Shown: positions 59,915-64,000 of the stretch, piece by piece | Position numbering within the stretch: position 1 is the first letter of the stretch | Layout: every line of letters starts with the position of its first letter | Assembly (NCBI GenBank): GCA_963662405.2 | Contig: CAXXKT010000001.1 | Span: 800,001 to 864,000, forward strand | Source: Syntrophales bacterium | GTDB lineage: Bacteria; Desulfobacterota; Syntrophia; Syntrophales; UBA2210 | Direction: 5' to 3' | DNA length: 64,000 nt | Position numbers and translations under genes: made by a program | The notes under the pieces: generated by a model | Database searches by the model: none | What the model was told of the DNA's origin: nothing | What the model saw: the letters and a program-made list of their open reading frames with translations, nothing else

Positions 59915-60415
59915 TCAAACCAACCGCACCTTCCGTCTGAGATAGAAGATGCTGCAGCCTGCCAACAGCATCGCAAAGATCATGATCCCCCATTGGTTCA
60001 ATGTGGGGATAGGAGCCGGGGCCGCCACGATGATTTCCAACTGACACGAGTCGGTTTCCGTATCCGGTCAGTCATCGTCCGTTGCGCTAATGGTAATCCA
60101 ATACGTCCCCGGAGATACTGTGCTGGCAACGGTGACTGTTGCGGTTCGAGAATCAGCCCAAGTCGCCATTGGCGGATTGATATTGCCGAAGGTTATTCCG
60201 GCCGGCAGCGCGCCTGTTGAAAAATCTTCAATATCGCTGTTATTATCGCTCACAGCGGAGACGTTGTGTGTGCCACCGACACCTGTGACCACATTCATGG
60301 GACTGTTGCACGTCACTGTTGGTGACGCGTCGACCTGTTGCGGCATCAGTATGACAGCGGTGAATAAAAGCAAGACTGTCAACACCCCGCACCTCGAAAA
60401 AAATTCTCTGACCAT
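59915..60415 (-). CDS. Exported beta-rich protein with an IPTL-CTERM sorting signal, interrupted by an in-frame TGA at 60068-60070 (recoded or pseudogene)
   Basis: Signal peptide and Thr/Val-rich domain; the frame continues after TGA as PDTETDSCQLEIIVAAPAPIPTLNQWGIMIFAMLLAGCSIFYLRRKVRLV*. Confidence 0.8.
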
Positions 60416-60742
60416 TTTTCTCTCCTATGTTGTGGTTGAAAGAACGTTGCCTTCAATGACACTGAAACGGGACTCTCAGAGTTGAGATAAGGAAAATTGA
60501 TAGCAGTATTGGGGACATGGGTCAAGACGTTGATGCCGAGGCACGATCCATACGGACAGTGACAATGGAACACATCCGTCGGTTGCCGTTGCACTGTCCG
60601 CTCTTCCCCTGCCGCCGGGAAGATTCGTCGTGCATAAAAGATCTCTGATGAATCGGTCAATAAACATTTGCATCCTGACGGTTTTCTGTAGTAGCTATCG
60701 TTCTCATCCTGTGACAACAGAATTCACGCAAGGAGATCGACG

Positions 60743-62149
60743 ATGCATTTTCCCTCTCTTCCGGACGCGTTTTTCAGGCCCCGCTCGATAGCGATCATCG
60801 GCGCGACAAAGAAAGCGGGGTTCGGCAGCGGCATTCCCGCTTTTCTCAAACGGCACGGATACGGCGACCGGATCTACCTGATCAATCCCCGCGAAACGGA
60901 AATAGAAGGACTCCCCGTCTACCGGCGTGTCACCGATGTCCCCCATCACATCGACCTCGCCATCATCATCGTGCCGAGAGAACACGCATACGGTGTGATC
61001 CGGGACTGCCTCGAAAAGGAGATTCGCGCCATCATCCTCGAATCGGCGGGATTCGGCGAGACGGGACCCGAAGGCGCGGCCCTCGAAAGGGATATCAGGG
61101 AACTCCTCCGGGGTACCGGGACACGTCTGATCGGCCCCAACTGCGTGGGACTGATCAATCCCCACGACCGCTTCGCATCCACGGAGGTGGCCTTTGGCGA
61201 AATCCGTCCGGGGAACATAGGGGTCATCGCCCAGAGTGGGGTGTTCGGCAATATCGTCGCCGACTGGGCGCCCAGCCAGGATCTTGCCCTGAGCACGCTG
61301 GTGACGATCGGCAATCGTATCGACGTCGATGAGGCGGATATGCTCTATCACTTCGGCGCCGATGAGAGGACCGATGTTATTGTCCTCTATCTGGAAGGCG
61401 CGAAAGACGGCCGGCGATTCATGCAGGCGGCCCGGGACGTGTCTCTGAAGAAGCCGGTCCTCATATATAAGAGCGGCAGGACGGAAGTGGGGAAACGGGC
61501 CACGGCATCTCACACGGGAAGCATGAGCGGTGACGATGTTCTCTATGATGCCTTCTTCCGCCAGTCCGGTGTTGTCAGGGCATCGACCTTTCAGGAACTC
61601 TTCGACCTTGCCCGTGTCTTTTCACGCGAACCGCTGATGAAGGGCCCCAATATATCGGTGGTTACCGCCTCGGGTTCGCTCGGTGTCATGGTCGCCGACG
61701 CCGCCGTTCGGCGTGGCCTGCACTTTCCCGAGCTGGGAAACGATACCGTGGCGGCGATCCAAGCTCAGGCCCCCGCGTGGATGAACGTCAAAAACCCCCT
61801 CGACGTCGGACCGTCCTGGATCTTCGGGGTTGCCCTCGAAGCGGCCCTCAGGGATGCACGGGTCGACGGTGTCATCGCCGTTCCGGTGATGCCGGGGACC
61901 ATCATCAAATCGTATGTGGAGGCGGGGTTCGATCCGGCCCTCATGTACGGTGAAGCCGAGAAGATCCGAAAGGCCATGCCGGGCAAACCGGCGCTCGTCT
62001 ACACGGTGGGGAGCGATTTCTGGGTCCGGCTCGTCAAGGACCTGTTCGGCCCTCATCTGACGGTGATGAGTTCACCCGAAACGGCGGCAAAGGCGCTCTG
62101 GGCGCTGTACCGGTACCACCGGTTTCGGGACAAGGCGGCACGGGGGTGA
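60743..62149 (+). CDS. Acyl-CoA synthetase (NDP-forming) alpha-subunit-like protein
   Basis: PRSIAIIGA, SAGFGE, RLIGPNCVG, AQSG, ASHTGS phospho-His, KNPLD; no ATP-grasp domain. Confidence 0.88.
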   Translation: MHFPSLPDAFFRPRSIAIIGATKKAGFGSGIPAFLKRHGYGDRIYLINPRETEIEGLPVYRRVTDVPHHIDLAIIIVPREHAYGVIRDCLEKEIRAIILESAGFGETGPEGAALERDIRELLRGTGTRLIGPNCVGLINPHDRFASTEVAFGEIRPGNIGVIAQSGVFGNIVADWAPSQDLALSTLVTIGNRIDVDEADMLYHFGADERTDVIVLYLEGAKDGRRFMQAARDVSLKKPVLIYKSGRTEVGKRATASHTGSMSGDDVLYDAFFRQSGVVRASTFQELFDLARVFSREPLMKGPNISVVTASGSLGVMVADAAVRRGLHFPELGNDTVAAIQAQAPAWMNVKNPLDVGPSWIFGVALEAALRDARVDGVIAVPVMPGTIIKSYVEAGFDPALMYGEAEKIRKAMPGKPALVYTVGSDFWVRLVKDLFGPHLTVMSSPETAAKALWALYRYHRFRDKAARG

Positions 62150-62159
62150 TCCCTGCTGT

Positions 62160-62196
62160 TTTACCGGATACGGACCTCTTGTGCCGTACCGGTAAA
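62160..62196. terminator. Hairpin between the CoA ligase and PaaI genes
   Basis: TTTACCGG(A)TACGG ... CCGTACCGGTAAA. Confidence 0.4.
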
Positions 62197-62251
62197 TGAT
62201 GCACAATATCCCCGTATTGTGCGAATGTCATGCCATAAAGGAGGAGAATCT

Positions 62252-62740
62252 GTGAAGACCGTGAATCCCAGCCATGTGAAAGCGGTCCTTGATCTGATCA
62301 ACAACGGACCCTATTTCCGGTTGCTGTCGATGAACGTCTCCGCAATGGGAGCCGGATTCTCCCGTGTTGATCTGGATCTCGCGAACGAACACCTGAATCC
62401 CTTCGGCGGCGTTCACGGGGGTGTATATTCATCCCTGATCGACACGGCCGCCTATTGGGCGGTGTACTGTGACATAGAAGAGGACAGCGGATTGATCTCG
62501 CTCGACCTGCACGTTGACAACCTGACCCCGGTTCAGGAAGGACATCTCGTGGTCGAAGGAAAGAGGATAAAAGTCGGGAAGAACATATGCCTGGCTGAAG
62601 CTGCTGTGATCGACAGCGAAGGCAGATATCTCGCTCACGGGACGTCCAAACAGATGGTGGTTCCCGGGTTGCAAAGCATGGCCGCAGCCGTATCGGCTAT
62701 GGGCTGTGAACCGTTACCCCCCAAGTTCATCACACAATGA
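62252..62740 (+). CDS. PaaI family thioesterase
   Basis: HLNPFGGVHGGVYSSLIDTA; GTG start after GAGGAG. Confidence 0.9.
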   Translation: MKTVNPSHVKAVLDLINNGPYFRLLSMNVSAMGAGFSRVDLDLANEHLNPFGGVHGGVYSSLIDTAAYWAVYCDIEEDSGLISLDLHVDNLTPVQEGHLVVEGKRIKVGKNICLAEAAVIDSEGRYLAHGTSKQMVVPGLQSMAAAVSAMGCEPLPPKFITQ

Positions 62741-62785
62741 GACCACAAAGAGGGCACAACAGCCACGTGTCCCTTATTCATGTTG

Positions 62786-63880
62786 TTACCTGCTGAGACC
62801 TGAACCCTTTTGATGGGGGCGTATTTTGAAATCCCTGGCGGTGACGCCCGGTGCCAGATACCGGCGCCAGAAGGGCAGGCGCGTGAGGGAGAGCCGGACA
62901 AAGAAGTAATTGAACGGCCGGAACCGAGTGAGCCCCTGCACCAACCGGTACACAAGAAACATGATGCTGAGAATAACCCACGCCCTGACAAGGACCATGA
63001 TCTGCGTTTTCGAGATGATGGCGGTTGTTGACGGCACGAGGTTTACCATGAGGGATATGACACCGGGGAAGAGGAGACCGTACAGCACGTACGCCGTTAC
63101 GGCCGTAAAGGTATGCGACACCTGGATCGCCTTCTTCGGACATATGTTGATACAGCGCATGCAGCTTTCGCAGTGGAAGGTCCAGAAGGGGCGCCCGTTT
63201 TTCATCTTCAGGGCATTGACGGGGCAGTTGCTCTCGCAGAGGCCGCAGCCGTCACACTCCAACGTCGCGAAGTACATCTTGGCCAGCCAGAACCGTCCCA
63301 CGAGCATGTACCCCACGGAAATCGGAGTCACCAGCAGATCGAAGGGAAGAGAGATAATGCCGCGGAACGCGACTCCGCCCGACAGGAGGGAGGCCGCGTA
63401 CCGTTCGACCTTATTCCGGCAGTGATCGGCCAGCGAGGCAACCGCCGCAAGGGTGAGACCGGGATGCAGCGATATCCAGTTTGAGGGAAGGTTGAGGGAA
63501 ACGAGCCCGCGCACCCGGCAGCCCTTCAGGAAGAACAGAAAAGCGGGCAGGATCAGGGCGAGACCGGAGAGCCCGGGGAGATGCAGCTTGCCGATCTTGG
63601 TCCCGCCGAATGTGTTGAGGCAGAATATGTCCCGCCTCCCCCGCGGGAATGCCAGCATGAATTTCAGCATGTACCAGGGCAGACTGAATCCGTGGGTGGG
63701 GTAGAAAAACCCGATGAGAGTCCCTTCTCCGCCGGAAACGTGCAACGGTTTCCTGAACCGATCTATCGGAATAATATCCGTTGTCAAACCCTGCATCCGC
63801 GCGCGTTCGGCGAACCACCGTGCCGCGACGAGGGCGTTGCCGGTTCCGGAAAGACAGTAGATGATCAGATGTTTGTACAT
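62786..63880 (-). CDS. EFR1-type flavodoxin-ferredoxin fusion with C-terminal TM helices
   Basis: YCLSGTGN, FYPTHGF, LPSNW, CDGCGLCESNCP, CESCMRCINICP. Confidence 0.88.
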   Translation of the reverse strand: MYKHLIIYCLSGTGNALVAARWFAERARMQGLTTDIIPIDRFRKPLHVSGGEGTLIGFFYPTHGFSLPWYMLKFMLAFPRGRRDIFCLNTFGGTKIGKLHLPGLSGLALILPAFLFFLKGCRVRGLVSLNLPSNWISLHPGLTLAAVASLADHCRNKVERYAASLLSGGVAFRGIISLPFDLLVTPISVGYMLVGRFWLAKMYFATLECDGCGLCESNCPVNALKMKNGRPFWTFHCESCMRCINICPKKAIQVSHTFTAVTAYVLYGLLFPGVISLMVNLVPSTTAIISKTQIMVLVRAWVILSIMFLVYRLVQGLTRFRPFNYFFVRLSLTRLPFWRRYLAPGVTARDFKIRPHQKGSGLSR

Positions 63881-64000
63881 AAAATGACAGCGACATGCTC
63901 GGATCACTAAACCGCTTAAGAAAGTAACGTGGTGATGGTGTCCTGTCAAGGGATATTACGGTGTTCCCGGTATCAAGCGGATATCGGCACGGACGAGACC

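Noticed and set aside
62791..62820. TPP riboswitch-like GCTGAGA...ACCC
   Set aside because: Antisense to the end of a coding gene; the rest of the aptamer is absent

Overview
This 64 kb window is mostly housekeeping chromosome from a moderately GC-rich anaerobic Gram-negative bacterium. Gene content suggests Desulfobacterota, probably Syntrophales-like (an inference, not a database result). Recognisable genes include sufC/sufBD (SMS-like), rimO, ftsK, uppP, ssb, tatA, rodZ, suhB, moaC, a Bacillus-like ytpB terpene synthase, a MoxR/VWA pair, a polar amino acid ABC transporter, a PAS-GGDEF cyclase, a TIGR01212 radical SAM gene head-to-head with mnmG, a histidine kinase/sigma54 regulator/sirtuin/NRDE operon, divergent tRNA-Ala(GGC) and tRNA-Leu(CAA), purU, mdh, a radical SAM fusion with rng, gcvR-like/fhs, an acyl-CoA ligase alpha subunit and a PaaI thioesterase. 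Several eroded relics are present: IS5 transposase, HD-GYP, thiolase, an AbfD-like gene and an Fe-S protein. I found no CRISPR array, prophage, integrase or defence island. The best leads are: (1) a complete sigma54 promoter layout (UAS, IHF site, -24/-12) that appears to drive only a ~95-nt anti-SD-containing RNA beside the two-component system; (2) an IPTL-CTERM surface protein split by one in-frame TGA followed by a SECIS-like hairpin; (3) an intact YtpB C35 terpene cyclase; (4) an MnmL-like radical SAM gene linked to mnmG; (5) a Cys-rich tandem duplication inside SufC. All family calls come from motif recognition by eye.
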